Assembly: GCA_900617105.1 (NCBI GenBank)
Contig: UYFQ01000001.1
Location: 2,542,001-2,606,000 of the forward strand
Length of the DNA: 64,000 bases
Reading direction: 5' to 3'
Origin: Hydrurus foetidus
Taxonomy: Eukaryota
Of the stretch, positions 10,178 through 19,442 are shown piece by piece. The notes under the pieces are model-generated. The model had not been told where the DNA came from, made no database searches, and worked only from the letters and a program-made list of their open reading frames with translations. The position numbers and the translations under genes are program-made. The number at the start of each line of letters is the position of its first letter. Positions within the stretch are counted from its first letter, which is position 1.

Positions 10178-10223
10178 GTTTTACTGCGAGTGGCTGAACA
10201 CCTCTTACTGCATCAACAAGCAG

Positions 10224-10446
10224 TTAAGTCGCAGCGCGTGGCTTGACCAACGCTGCAGCTTTCTTTGCATTGACCCGCGCCACCTCCACATCTGCATCAA
10301 AAGCCAGCGCCACACCCATCCGACGCTTGATAAAACTTTCGGGTTTGCCAAACAGGCGAATGTCGGTGTTGGGTACGCGCAGGGCATCGACCACGCCGTC
10401 AAACACAATGCCTTTGGCCTCAACCCAGCCCTAAATAACGGCGCTG
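10224..10446 (-). pseudogene. purT 3'-end fragment (copy 2)
   Basis: Colinear with 11469-11691 at offset 1245; no 5' part of the gene; TAC>TAG stop near its left-hand coding boundary. Confidence 0.95.
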
Positions 10447-10485
10447 CCGTCAAGCTTCGAATTCAATAGGCTGAAAAATCCCAAA

Positions 10486-10508
10486 ATATATGTATAGTGT
10501 GCATATAT
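10486..10508 (+). promoter_or_regulatory. Palindrome overlapping brnT start, candidate antitoxin operator
   Basis: ATATATGTA-TAGTG-TGCATATAT, one mismatch. Confidence 0.5.
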
Positions 10509-10773
10509 GTCATTTGAATTCGATCCGAACAAAGCCGAAGCCAACTGGCAAAAGCACCGGATTCGTTTTGCAGATGTGGAGCCTGTTTTTGATGATCCAT
10601 ACGCACTGACAAGACCCGACCCTGATGCAAAGGACGAACGACGCTGGTTAACAGTTGGCTGTGACGCACTTGGAAGGGTAGTGACCGTTTGCTACACCCT
10701 GCGTGAACCAAAGATCCGTTTGATTTCTGCACGACTTGCAACTAAAAAGGAACGCACTCACTATGAAAGCTGA
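10507..10773 (+). CDS. brnT: BrnT-family toxin
   Basis: FEFDPNKAEANWQKHRIRF, ERRWLTVG, IRLISARLATKKER motifs. Confidence 0.9.
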   Translation: MSFEFDPNKAEANWQKHRIRFADVEPVFDDPYALTRPDPDAKDERRWLTVGCDALGRVVTVCYTLREPKIRLISARLATKKERTHYES

Positions 10774-11014
10774 ATATGATTTTTCTGACGCCAAGCGGGG
10801 CGCTGTCAGGCCGGTTAAGGGCAAGACCCGCATCACGTTGTACCTGGACGACGCTGTGCTTGAAGCTTTTCGGTTACAAGCTCAAGATCAGGGTTTGGGC
10901 TACCAGACGCTGATCAACGAGGCTTTGCGAGGCAAGGTTCTGACGAAGCAACCCAAACCCGTGACCGTTGCTGACTTGCGGCGAGTTTTGCGGGAAGAGT
11001 TGCACGCCGCCTGA
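10763..11014 (+). CDS. brnA: BrnA-family antitoxin
   Basis: MKAEYDFS, KTRITLYLDDAVLEAFR, GYQTLINEALR; overlaps brnT end. Confidence 0.9.
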   Translation: MKAEYDFSDAKRGAVRPVKGKTRITLYLDDAVLEAFRLQAQDQGLGYQTLINEALRGKVLTKQPKPVTVADLRRVLREELHAA

Positions 11015-11095
11015 ACTGTTTCTGGTGCGTGACTGAACGCAAAGCATTTCAAGGGGCCGCGCTGTAGGGTTCGTTAGAAGCCTGAACGAATGAAT

Positions 11096-11422
11096 TTACG
11101 CTTGCCAGACTCCATAACCGCCCGCCCGCAGGTCAATTCCCAGCTCAACTTCCAGGCTGCGTGCATCTTCATAGGTCAGTGGGTTGTACAACTCGTAAAG
11201 TTCCGGCAACAAGCGCAGGCCAAACTCTTGCACATATCGGTTGGATTGAATGCCTGCCTTGTGTTTGTCAAACCGCACATCTGGATCCAGCCCGGTCATG
11301 CCGACGTAAACGCAGGGTTTGCCAGTTACGTAGCGGGGGTTGCATTTAATAAAGCGCGGCTTGGAAAGCACTTCGCTCGACAGTTCAATCACATAGACGT
11401 GGTGGTGTTTTCGGTTGGCCAT
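11096..11422 (-). CDS. Small GIY-YIG-like protein, copy A
   Basis: Same motifs as copy B; 46 bp downstream of intact purT. Confidence 0.75.
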   Translation of the reverse strand: MANRKHHHVYVIELSSEVLSKPRFIKCNPRYVTGKPCVYVGMTGLDPDVRFDKHKAGIQSNRYVQEFGLRLLPELYELYNPLTYEDARSLEVELGIDLRAGGYGVWQA

Positions 11423-11468
11423 GTTTTACTGCGCGTGGCTGAACAACTATTACCGCACCAACAAAAAG

Positions 11469-12674
11469 TCAGACAGCGGCGCGCGGCTTCACCATCCCAG
11501 CCGCCTTCTTCGCATTCACCCGAGCCACCTCCACATCGGCATCAAACGCCAGCGCCACGCCCATGCGGCGTTTGATGAAACTTTCTGGTTTGCCGAACAG
11601 GCGAATGTCGGTGTTGGGTACGCGCAGGGCATCGGCCACGCCGTCAAACACAATGCCTTTGGCCTCGACCCCGCCGTAGATGACGGCGCTGGCGCCTGGC
11701 GTGCGCAATGCGGTGTTGACGGGCAGGCCCAGGATGGCTCTGGCGTGCAGTTCAAACTGGGTTTGTACTTGGGTGCACATGGTGACCATGCCGGTGTCGT
11801 GAGGGCGGGGGCTGACTTCGCTGAACCAGACGTCGTCGCCTTTCACGAACAGCTCAACGCCGAATACGCCCTGCCCTCCTAAATTGTCTGTGACGGACTT
11901 CGATATCTCTCGGCTGCGCTTTAAAGCCGCTTCGCGCATGGGGTGCGGCTGCCAGCTTTCTACATAGTCGCCGCTGACTTGTATGTGGCCGATGGGTTCG
12001 CAAAAATGGGTTTCTACTTTGCCATCTGCGCCGAGTGCCCGCACCGTGAGCTGCGTGATCTCGTAGTCAAAATCAATAAAACCCTCAACAATCACGCGGC
12101 CGTGGCTTACGCGGCCACCGGCCATGGCGTAGTCCCATGCGGTTTTGACGTCATCGGGACCGACGATTTTGCTTTGCCCTTTGCCAGACGAACTCATGAC
12201 TGGCTTGACGATGCAGGGGTAGCCGATTTTTGAATCAATCGCAGCTTGCAACTCGGCCAGCGAATCACAAAACACATACGGGCTGGTCGGCAGGCCCAAG
12301 GTTTCAGCGGCCAGGCGGCGAATGCCTTCGCGGTCCATCGTCAGGCGGGCAGCGCGCGCAGTAGGGATCACTCGCGCAACGCCCGCAGCTTCCAGCTCTT
12401 CAAGCATGGCGGTGGCGATGGCTTCAATTTCAGGCACAACAAGGTGTGGCTTTTCGGTTTCAATCAGCGCTTTGAGTTGCGCCGGATCGCTCATGGTGAT
12501 GGTGCGGGCGTGGTGCGCCACTTGCTGGCCGGGTGCGTTGTCGCAGCGGTCAACGGCGATAGTCTCAACGCCCAGGCGCTGCAGCGCTATCAATACTTCT
12601 TTGCCAAGCTCACCCGAGCCGAGCAGCATGACTTTTAATGCGTTGGGGGACAGGGGTGTACCGATGGTGGTCAT
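11469..12674 (-). CDS. purT: Formate-dependent phosphoribosylglycinamide formyltransferase
   Basis: [40 protein letters not shown] motifs. Confidence 0.97.
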   Translation of the reverse strand: MTTIGTPLSPNALKVMLLGSGELGKEVLIALQRLGVETIAVDRCDNAPGQQVAHHARTITMSDPAQLKALIETEKPHLVVPEIEAIATAMLEELEAAGVARVIPTARAARLTMDREGIRRLAAETLGLPTSPYVFCDSLAELQAAIDSKIGYPCIVKPVMSSSGKGQSKIVGPDDVKTAWDYAMAGGRVSHGRVIVEGFIDFDYEITQLTVRALGADGKVETHFCEPIGHIQVSGDYVESWQPHPMREAALKRSREISKSVTDNLGGQGVFGVELFVKGDDVWFSEVSPRPHDTGMVTMCTQVQTQFELHARAILGLPVNTALRTPGASAVIYGGVEAKGIVFDGVADALRVPNTDIRLFGKPESFIKRRMGVALAFDADVEVARVNAKKAAGMVKPRAAV

Positions 12675-12776
12675 GGCGTTAGAGGGTTGGGCAAAAAGTA
12701 GATAAAGAACCAGAAAGACAAAGCAGTTTACACGCGCCTACCGGCGCGAAAAACAGCAGCAAGGCACAATATCCCG

Positions 12777-13727
12777 ATGAATTCAGCAAGCGCCGCCCCG
12801 ATTTTTAGTATTCAAGGTTTAAGCAAAAAATACGGCGACGCCACCGTTGTAGACAACTTGTCATTCGACATCAAACCCGGCGAATGCTTGGGCGTGATTG
12901 GCCCGAACGGCGCCGGCAAAACCACCACCATTCGCATGTGCCTGGGGCTGACCGCGCCAGACTCTGGCACGGTGTCGTTTCACCAAGCTGGGCAAAGCGA
13001 GCTGCACATGCCGCGCGACTCGCTGGCTATTAAAAAGCAGCTCGGTATCGTCAGCCAGTTTGACAGCCTCGACCCTGACTTTTCTTGTTCTGAAAACTTG
13101 CTGGTGTTCGGCCGATACTTTGGTATGAAAGACGCCGTCATCAAGGAGCGGATTCCTAAACTACTTGAGTTTGCTGCGCTGACCAGCAAGGCCAATGCAA
13201 AACTGAGCGAACTGTCGGGCGGCATGAAGCGACGTTTGTCTTTAGCCCGTGCGCTGGTCAATGACCCGCAACTTTTGCTGCTCGACGAGCCCACCACCGG
13301 GCTTGACCCACAGGCACGTCACCTGATGTGGGAGCGCCTGCAGCGCCTTGTGCAGCAAGGCAAATCGATTTTGCTGACCACGCACTTTATGGATGAAGCC
13401 GAACGCCTGTGCAACCGCCTGCTGGTGCTTGACCACGGCAAAAAAATGACCGAAGGAACGCCCCGCCAACTGATTGCTGACAACTTGGAGCCCGACGTGG
13501 TGGAGGTGTACGGCGCGGGCGCGCTGGAGCTGATAAGCTCGCCCCTCAAGGCGCTGGCATCGCGGGTTGAAGTCAGTGGTGAAACGGTGTTTTTTTACAC
13601 GCAGAACTCTAAAAGTCTGCTGGACGCGCTGGCCAGCTACCCGCATTTGCGCACCCTGCATCGCCCGGCCAATCTTGAAGATTTGTTTCTTAAACTCACT
13701 GGCCGGCAAATTCGGGAAGACGCATGA
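12777..13727 (+). CDS. nodI: ABC exporter ATP-binding protein (NodI-like)
   Basis: GPNGAGKT, LSGGMKRR, LDEPTTGLDPQARHLMWERL, RPANLEDLFLKLTGR. Confidence 0.8.
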   Translation: MNSASAAPIFSIQGLSKKYGDATVVDNLSFDIKPGECLGVIGPNGAGKTTTIRMCLGLTAPDSGTVSFHQAGQSELHMPRDSLAIKKQLGIVSQFDSLDPDFSCSENLLVFGRYFGMKDAVIKERIPKLLEFAALTSKANAKLSELSGGMKRRLSLARALVNDPQLLLLDEPTTGLDPQARHLMWERLQRLVQQGKSILLTTHFMDEAERLCNRLLVLDHGKKMTEGTPRQLIADNLEPDVVEVYGAGALELISSPLKALASRVEVSGETVFFYTQNSKSLLDALASYPHLRTLHRPANLEDLFLKLTGRQIREDA

Positions 13728-14563
13728 CCACCGACGCATCAACCGCCATTTCCATGGCCCCAACGAAACCGCCCGGCCTGTTCAGGCCGCCGCAATTAAG
13801 CTGGCGCTGGTTTGCCGTATTTCGGCGCAACTTTTTGGTATGGCGCAAGCTGGCTATTCCGAGTTTGGTCGGCAACATCGCCGAGCCTTTGATCACGCTA
13901 GTGGCGTTTGGCTACGGCCTCGGTGTGTTGATTGGGCAGGTACAAACCAACGGTACGGCTGTGCCATACCTGGTTTTTTTGGCCAGCGGTTCCATTTGCA
14001 GCAGCGCAATGAATGCAGCGTCTTTTGAAGCGCTGTACTCCGCTTTTTCACGCATGCACGTGCAACGCACGTGGGACGGCATCATGAACGCGCCAGTGCT
14101 GCTTGACGACGTACTGCTGGCCGAAATGCTATGGGCCGCTTTCAAGTCGATGTTCACGAGCGTGGTGATTTTGGCGGTGATGTTGGCCATTGGCATCAGC
14201 ACCAGCCCGCTGCTATTGCTGGCGCTGCCGCTCTTGGGCCTGGCTGGTATTACGTTTGCCTGCATCGCGCTGATTTTTAATGCGCTGGCCAAAGGCTACG
14301 ACTTTTTTACGTATTACTTCACGTTGTTTTTAACGCCGACGATGTTTTTAAGTGGCGTGTTTTTCCCGCGTGACCAATTGCCGGCTGCCATGCGGGTGGT
14401 GTCTGAGTATCTGCCGCTAACGGCGGCTGTTGAGTTGATTCGGCCCTTATTTTTGGGCCAATGGCCAGCGCACTTTGCGCAGAACCTTGCGCTGCTCGTG
14501 GTGTACGCCGTCTTGGGTTTCTGGCTCGCCTTGGGCCTTACCCGCAAACGCTTTCGCAGTTAG
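13724..14563 (+). CDS. nodJ: ABC-2 permease (NodJ-like)
   Basis: RNFLVWRK, FEALYSAFSRM, FLSGVFFP; coupled to the ATPase gene. Confidence 0.8.
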   Translation: MTTDASTAISMAPTKPPGLFRPPQLSWRWFAVFRRNFLVWRKLAIPSLVGNIAEPLITLVAFGYGLGVLIGQVQTNGTAVPYLVFLASGSICSSAMNAASFEALYSAFSRMHVQRTWDGIMNAPVLLDDVLLAEMLWAAFKSMFTSVVILAVMLAIGISTSPLLLLALPLLGLAGITFACIALIFNALAKGYDFFTYYFTLFLTPTMFLSGVFFPRDQLPAAMRVVSEYLPLTAAVELIRPLFLGQWPAHFAQNLALLVVYAVLGFWLALGLTRKRFRS

Positions 14564-14604
14564 CGCTAAAACCTGCGGGTTTTGGTCATTTTCAGCAGTA
14601 AAAG

Positions 14605-14655
14605 TCGGTTTTAGCTCAATAAAATCGGGCGCAAGCAGCTATTATTTTAGTAGCT
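14605..14655 (-). repeat. Dispersed repeat copy R5 (contains the methyltransferase stop codon)
   Basis: ctcaataaaatcgggcgcaagcagctattattttagtagc on + strand. Confidence 0.8.
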
Positions 14656-15546
14656 ACTTTGTGCAGGTACAGCAAACCGGCGCTGCAACTCTGCCAGCCC
14701 AAGCTCATGAAGAACCTGCTGCAAGCGAAGTTGAGCCGCGCCCGTTTTATCGGGCCGCAAAGCTGACTTGCTGGCCAGAATCAATTCGTTTTTCATGGAA
14801 TGCTCCCAGCCCACAAGTTCTGTGACAGTAACTTGGTAGCCGCTGGCTTCAAGTTGCAGGCAGCGCAGCACGTTGGTAATTTGGCTGCCAAACTCCCGGG
14901 TGTGCAGCGGGTGCCGCCACAGCTCTGCCAGTGGCGTGCGGCTTAGGTTGAGCGCTTTGCTTTTCTTTAAAACGCCCGCCACTTCCGCTTGGCAACAGGG
15001 CACCAGCACCATGTGCTGCGCGCCTTTGGCCAGGCCAAACGCAATGGCGTCGTCAGTGGCGGTGTCACAAGCGTGCAGCGCAGTGACGATGTCAATCCGC
15101 TCGGGTAAGTCAGGCGATGTCGTCGCATCAGCCACCGACAGGTTTAAAAATGTCATGCGCTCAAAACCCAGCCGTGCAGCCAGTGCACGGGACTTTTCCA
15201 CCAACTCTGGCCGGGTTTCAATGCCGTAAATATGACCTTGAGGGTGGCCGCTTGGTTGTTGCCCCGCATGCGCCACGTTAAAAAACAAGTCGTACAAAAT
15301 AAAGCCCAAATACGACTTGCCCGCCCCGTGGTCAGCCAGGGTAAAAGCCGCATTGGCGTGCAGCACGCCCTTTAAAAGGGGTTCAATGAATTGGTACAGG
15401 TGGTACACCTGCTTGAGCTTGCGCCGGGTGTCCTGGTTGAGCTTGCCTTCGCGCGTCAAAATGTGCAGCTCTTTGAGCAGCTCAATCGACTGGCCGGGGC
15501 GCAACTCTTCAATGATGGAGGGCGTAGCCTTACTTTGATTTTTCAT
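14647..15546 (-). CDS. Class I SAM-dependent methyltransferase
   Basis: DHGAGKSYLGF, ALHACDTATD, PCCQ motifs. Confidence 0.85.
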   Translation of the reverse strand: MKNQSKATPSIIEELRPGQSIELLKELHILTREGKLNQDTRRKLKQVYHLYQFIEPLLKGVLHANAAFTLADHGAGKSYLGFILYDLFFNVAHAGQQPSGHPQGHIYGIETRPELVEKSRALAARLGFERMTFLNLSVADATTSPDLPERIDIVTALHACDTATDDAIAFGLAKGAQHMVLVPCCQAEVAGVLKKSKALNLSRTPLAELWRHPLHTREFGSQITNVLRCLQLEASGYQVTVTELVGWEHSMKNELILASKSALRPDKTGAAQLRLQQVLHELGLAELQRRFAVPAQSSY

Positions 15547-15606
15547 GCGCTGTCAGTTTAGCTGCACAGACTACTTTGAGACGTCAGAAAAGTTGCACTT
15601 ATTACA

Positions 15607-15635
15607 TTGCGTACAATTTAATTGTGCAGTATAAT
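15607..15635 (+). promoter_or_regulatory. Sigma70 promoter of ohrR-ohr with overlapping OhrR-type operator
   Basis: TTGCGT-17 bp-TATAAT; TACAATTTAATTGTG inverted repeat at 15612-15626. Confidence 0.75.
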
Positions 15636-15641
15636 AAGTCC

Positions 15642-16091
15642 ATGCCAAGCAAACAAAGCCCCATGCTACAACTGGACAACCAGTTGTGCTTTGCGCTGTA
15701 CAGCACATCGCTGGCCATGACCAAGGTTTACAAGCCGCTGCTCGACGAGCTGGGGCTGACTTACCCGCAATACCTCGCCTTGCTGGTGCTGTGGGAGCGT
15801 GACGGCTTGATGGTGTCTGAGCTGGGTGCAAAATTATTTTTAGATTCAGGCACGCTGACACCGCTGCTCAAGCGCCTGGAGGCATCTGGCTACATCGCCC
15901 GGATTCGCGCGCTTGATGACGAGCGGCGCGTGTACATCACACTGACATCAAGCGGGCGCAAACTTAAAACCCGTGCCGCCAAAATACCGGGCTGCATTTT
16001 GAGCGCCAGCCACTGCGCCGTGCCTGAATTGATGGCGCTGACCAGCCAACTCCAAGCCTTGCGGCAGCGCCTGTCGGCGCAAAGCGCTTAA
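15642..16091 (+). CDS. ohrR: MarR-family organic hydroperoxide sensor OhrR
   Basis: [31 protein letters not shown]; adjacent to ohr. Confidence 0.9.
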   Translation: MPSKQSPMLQLDNQLCFALYSTSLAMTKVYKPLLDELGLTYPQYLALLVLWERDGLMVSELGAKLFLDSGTLTPLLKRLEASGYIARIRALDDERRVYITLTSSGRKLKTRAAKIPGCILSASHCAVPELMALTSQLQALRQRLSAQSA

Positions 16092-16157
16092 AGCTTTCAA
16101 AAACCTATTTAACCCACCGCCTCAATCCCGAGGCATTTCAACCCAGAAGGAAACACC

Positions 16158-16598
16158 ATGACCAAGCCCACAAAAATTGTTTACACAGCCCATTCCAGCG
16201 CCACCGGCGGCCGTGATGGCCAAGCCACGTCGAGCGACGGACTGCTCAATGTCAAGCTCAGCACCCCCAAAGAAATGGGCGGCGCTGGCGGCGGCGTAAA
16301 CCCCGAGCAGTTGTTTGCTGCGGGCTATGCAGCCTGCTTTTTAGGTGCCATGAAGTTTGTTGGTGGTGCTCAAAAAATCGCCATTCCAGCTGACACCAAG
16401 ATTGAAGGCGCGGTTGGCATTGGCCCATTCGGCGCCGGTGCCACCCCTGAAGGTTTTAACATTGCGGTTGAATTAAAAATAAGCATTCCCGGCATGGACA
16501 AAGCCGCTGCACACGCGCTGGTTGAGCAAACCCACAAGGTGTGCCCGTATTCCAACGCCACGCGCGGCAACATTGACGTGACGTTGACCGTCGTTTAA
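16158..16598 (+). CDS. ohr: Organic hydroperoxide resistance protein
   Basis: GGRDG, NPEQLFAAGYAACF, VCPYSNATRGN motifs. Confidence 0.95.
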   Translation: MTKPTKIVYTAHSSATGGRDGQATSSDGLLNVKLSTPKEMGGAGGGVNPEQLFAAGYAACFLGAMKFVGGAQKIAIPADTKIEGAVGIGPFGAGATPEGFNIAVELKISIPGMDKAAAHALVEQTHKVCPYSNATRGNIDVTLTVV

Positions 16599-16625
16599 TG
16601 CAGCATTAGGTCAGCACTGACATTC

Positions 16626-16661
16626 AAAGCGGCGTAGCCATGCAGGCTGCGCCGCTTTTTT
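16626..16661 (+). terminator. Rho-independent terminator after ohr
   Basis: aaagcggcgtagcc-atgca-ggctgcgccgc followed by a T run. Confidence 0.8.
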
Positions 16662-16725
16662 ACGCCTGTCACCCGCGCGAACCCGCCAACTTGCGTGCCA
16701 GCATAAATCTAGTTAGCCTTCTGCC

Positions 16726-17850
16726 ATGAATAAAACAGATTTTCAGGTTTTAAAAACCGACCTGCACCAAACACGCTTGACCAGTACTGCCCTTGAGCCG
16801 CTCAAGGCGGGTGAAGTTCGCCTCGCGATTGACCGCTTTTCGCTCACGGCCAACAACATCACCTACGCCGCTTTTGGCGACGCGATGAGCTACTGGAAGT
16901 TCTTTCCAACGCCTGAGCCCACCTGGGGCAGCATTCCGGTTTGGGGCTTTGCGAACGTGACTGAATCGTTGTGTGAAGGTCTCGCGGTTGGCGAGCGCTT
17001 TTACGGCTACTACCCGATGGCTAGCCACGTCACACTGACACCGGCCAAGGTCAATGAACACGGTTTTTACGACGCTGCACCGCACCGTGCCGAGCTGCAC
17101 CCGGTTTACAACCAATATGTGGCCAGCCGCACCGATCCGCTTTACAGCCCGGCAACAGAAGACATTCAGGCGCTGCTCCGGCCGCTTTTCGTGACTTCAT
17201 TTTTGATTGATGATTTTTTAGCCGACAACGACTTTTTTGCAGCGTGTGAGGGCGGTAAAACTGGTGTCATGCTGCTCTCAAGCGCCTCGAGCAAAACGGC
17301 GTACGGCACGGCGTTTCAATTGGCTCAGCGCAGCGGCATTGAAGTGGTTGGGCTAACGTCACCTAGCAATGTTGAATTTTGCAAAAGCCTGGGTTGCTAC
17401 CACCGCGTATTGACCTACGACCAGCTGGGCGAAATAGCCGCAGACGCGCCTTGCATTTATGTTGATTTTGCGGGCAATGCCAACTTGAGGCGCCAAATCC
17501 ACAGCAACTTTAAAAACCTCAAGTACAGCTGCTCCATCGGCGGCACGCATGTGGATGAGCTCGGCATGAAACAGGAAAAAGGAGGCGCGAGAAAAGAGAC
17601 TCCGGGCGTGCGCGCCACGCTGTTTTTTGCGCCTGCGCAAATCAAAAAGCGCAGCGCTGATTGGGGCGCTGCTGGTTTGCGCGAAAAACTGGTGTCGGCC
17701 TGGCAGGCCTTTGTTCAACGGGCAGCCCACGGCAATGCACCGTGGCTGCTGGCGCAAGAGCGCAGGGGGCAAGCCGGTTTTGAAGCCGTGTATCAAGAAG
17801 TGCTTAAAGGCGGCAGCGACCCGCGAACCGGCTATATTTTAGGGTTTTAG
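16726..17850 (+). CDS. DUF2855-family protein
   Basis: LTANNITYA, YWKFFP, PVWGFA, SSASSKTA motifs. Confidence 0.8.
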   Translation: MNKTDFQVLKTDLHQTRLTSTALEPLKAGEVRLAIDRFSLTANNITYAAFGDAMSYWKFFPTPEPTWGSIPVWGFANVTESLCEGLAVGERFYGYYPMASHVTLTPAKVNEHGFYDAAPHRAELHPVYNQYVASRTDPLYSPATEDIQALLRPLFVTSFLIDDFLADNDFFAACEGGKTGVMLLSSASSKTAYGTAFQLAQRSGIEVVGLTSPSNVEFCKSLGCYHRVLTYDQLGEIAADAPCIYVDFAGNANLRRQIHSNFKNLKYSCSIGGTHVDELGMKQEKGGARKETPGVRATLFFAPAQIKKRSADWGAAGLREKLVSAWQAFVQRAAHGNAPWLLAQERRGQAGFEAVYQEVLKGGSDPRTGYILGF

Positions 17851-17871
17851 GCTGTTTTTTTGCATCAAATA

Positions 17872-17921
17872 GGGCCTTAGCCCAATAGTTACAGGCGCTA
17901 GCAGCTTCGTTATTGATAGCA
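17872..17921 (-). repeat. Dispersed repeat copy R6
   Basis: tagcccaatagttacaggcgctagcagcttcgttattgatagc on + strand. Confidence 0.75.
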
Positions 17922-18044
17922 TAAAAATCTTTTTTGATCTCAGTAGCCAAAAGCTTTTGATAGTTTGAACACTCTGGCTGATTGACGTCAGCAGCGGTCA
18001 ACCATCAAAAAAGTAGTTGCAGTGCCTGACAAGCTTGCGACTGC

Positions 18045-19442
18045 CTACTCTTCGGTCATTGCCATTTTAAAATGATCAAACAGGGGCTTGAGCAAGTAAT
18101 TCATCATGGTTCGCTCTCCGGTTTTGATAAACATGTCCACTGGCATACCCGGTCGAATTTGTTGGGCTGCCAAAAGCTTGACACCGTCAGGCATGACGAC
18201 GGCCTTCATGCTGTAGTAAGGCTGGCCGGTCTTCTCGTCGACCAGCCTGTCAGCAGACACCTGCGTTACCCGGCCGGGAATGTGCGGCGTCTGGTTTTGA
18301 TTCAGCGCAGTGAACATCAGCTCAACCGGCAAGTTGGGGTGCACTTTGTCAATCAGGTGAACTGGCAACTGCCCCTCAACAATTAATGCGTCACTGTTTG
18401 GCACGATCTCCATCATGCGAAAGCCTGGAGCAACCACGCCCCCTTGCGTGAACACGCTGAGCGCCACGACGGTTCCGTCGGCTGGCGCGCGAACCAATAC
18501 GTTGCCCACGTCGTAATCAAGCGCCGTCAGGCGATTGAACAAGCCGCTCGCCTCTTTCTGCGTGTCTGCCAATTGAGTGCGCACTTCCTTTTGGTATTCC
18601 TGTTGCCTTTGGACCCTGCGCAACTTGAACTCTGAAATCTGCCACTTGCTTCGACTTAAATTACTGAGATCTTCGCTTGCCGAGGTGTTCAGCTGAGAGA
18701 ACGAGCGCTCCAGGTCAAGCAATTGATTGCGCGATACGTAACCTTCTTTAGCCAAGCCCCGGGACGTGTCGAGCTGCTCCTTTAGAAACTGCAACTGCAC
18801 AAGTCTGCCTTGGTGAGACTGCTCTAAACCTTTACTTTGCTGCACCAGCCCGTGCACGCTTTCATCAAGCGCTGACAATTCACTTTGTATGGCCACAAGG
18901 CGTGCCGCAAACAGTTGCTGCTGAAGCGATATGCTGTTGGTCACTCGCTGGTCGCTTTTGGCACCTTCTAGATCAGGTGGGAAAAGAATCGTTTTCTTGC
19001 CGTCGCGTTCGGCTTCCCAGCGAGCCTCTGCGGCGCGGGCGCTGAAGTACTGCACCCGCACGCTTTCAGCATTGGCCTTTGCCTGCACCGCGTTCATGCG
19101 AACCAGCACATCGCCCGCCTTGACTACGTCGCCTTCTTTCACCAATATGGCGTCAATGGTGCCGCCGGCGACGTGCTGAATCGCTTTTTTATTGCTGGCA
19201 ACAGTCACGGTTCCGGCCAGTGGCACCCCTTTGTCGAGCGGTGCCAAACTTGCCCACAGCAAAAACCCAACTACGCCCGCCAACACAACAAACCAGCCAA
19301 GACGGATAAACCGCATGGGGTCGGTCGCCACGTCGTCCGCCGAATCTTCCCAAGGTGTGAAGCCAAAGTTTGACAAGGTTTTACTGAGAGCGCTTTTCAT
19401 AATATTGCCTGGGTTCCCTGAGTTCACTTTACTCCGCAGCAC
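18045..19442 (-). CDS. Type I secretion membrane fusion protein (HlyD/AprE family)
   Basis: WASLAPLD, IQHVAGG, IRPGMPVDMFIKTGERTMMNYLLKP; alternative start ATG 19400. Confidence 0.92.
   Translation of the reverse strand: MLRSKVNSGNPGNIMKSALSKTLSNFGFTPWEDSADDVATDPMRFIRLGWFVVLAGVVGFLLWASLAPLDKGVPLAGTVTVASNKKAIQHVAGGTIDAILVKEGDVVKAGDVLVRMNAVQAKANAESVRVQYFSARAAEARWEAERDGKKTILFPPDLEGAKSDQRVTNSISLQQQLFAARLVAIQSELSALDESVHGLVQQSKGLEQSHQGRLVQLQFLKEQLDTSRGLAKEGYVSRNQLLDLERSFSQLNTSASEDLSNLSRSKWQISEFKLRRVQRQQEYQKEVRTQLADTQKEASGLFNRLTALDYDVGNVLVRAPADGTVVALSVFTQGGVVAPGFRMMEIVPNSDALIVEGQLPVHLIDKVHPNLPVELMFTALNQNQTPHIPGRVTQVSADRLVDEKTGQPYYSMKAVVMPDGVKLLAAQQIRPGMPVDMFIKTGERTMMNYLLKPLFDHFKMAMTEE

Noticed and set aside
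7637..11468. Prophage or IS element at purT
   Set aside because: No integrase, transposase, terminal inverted repeats or phage genes seen.
12777..14563. nodIJ-like genes as evidence of nodulation
   Set aside because: No nodABC here; this ABC-2 pair occurs in non-symbiotic betaproteobacteria.
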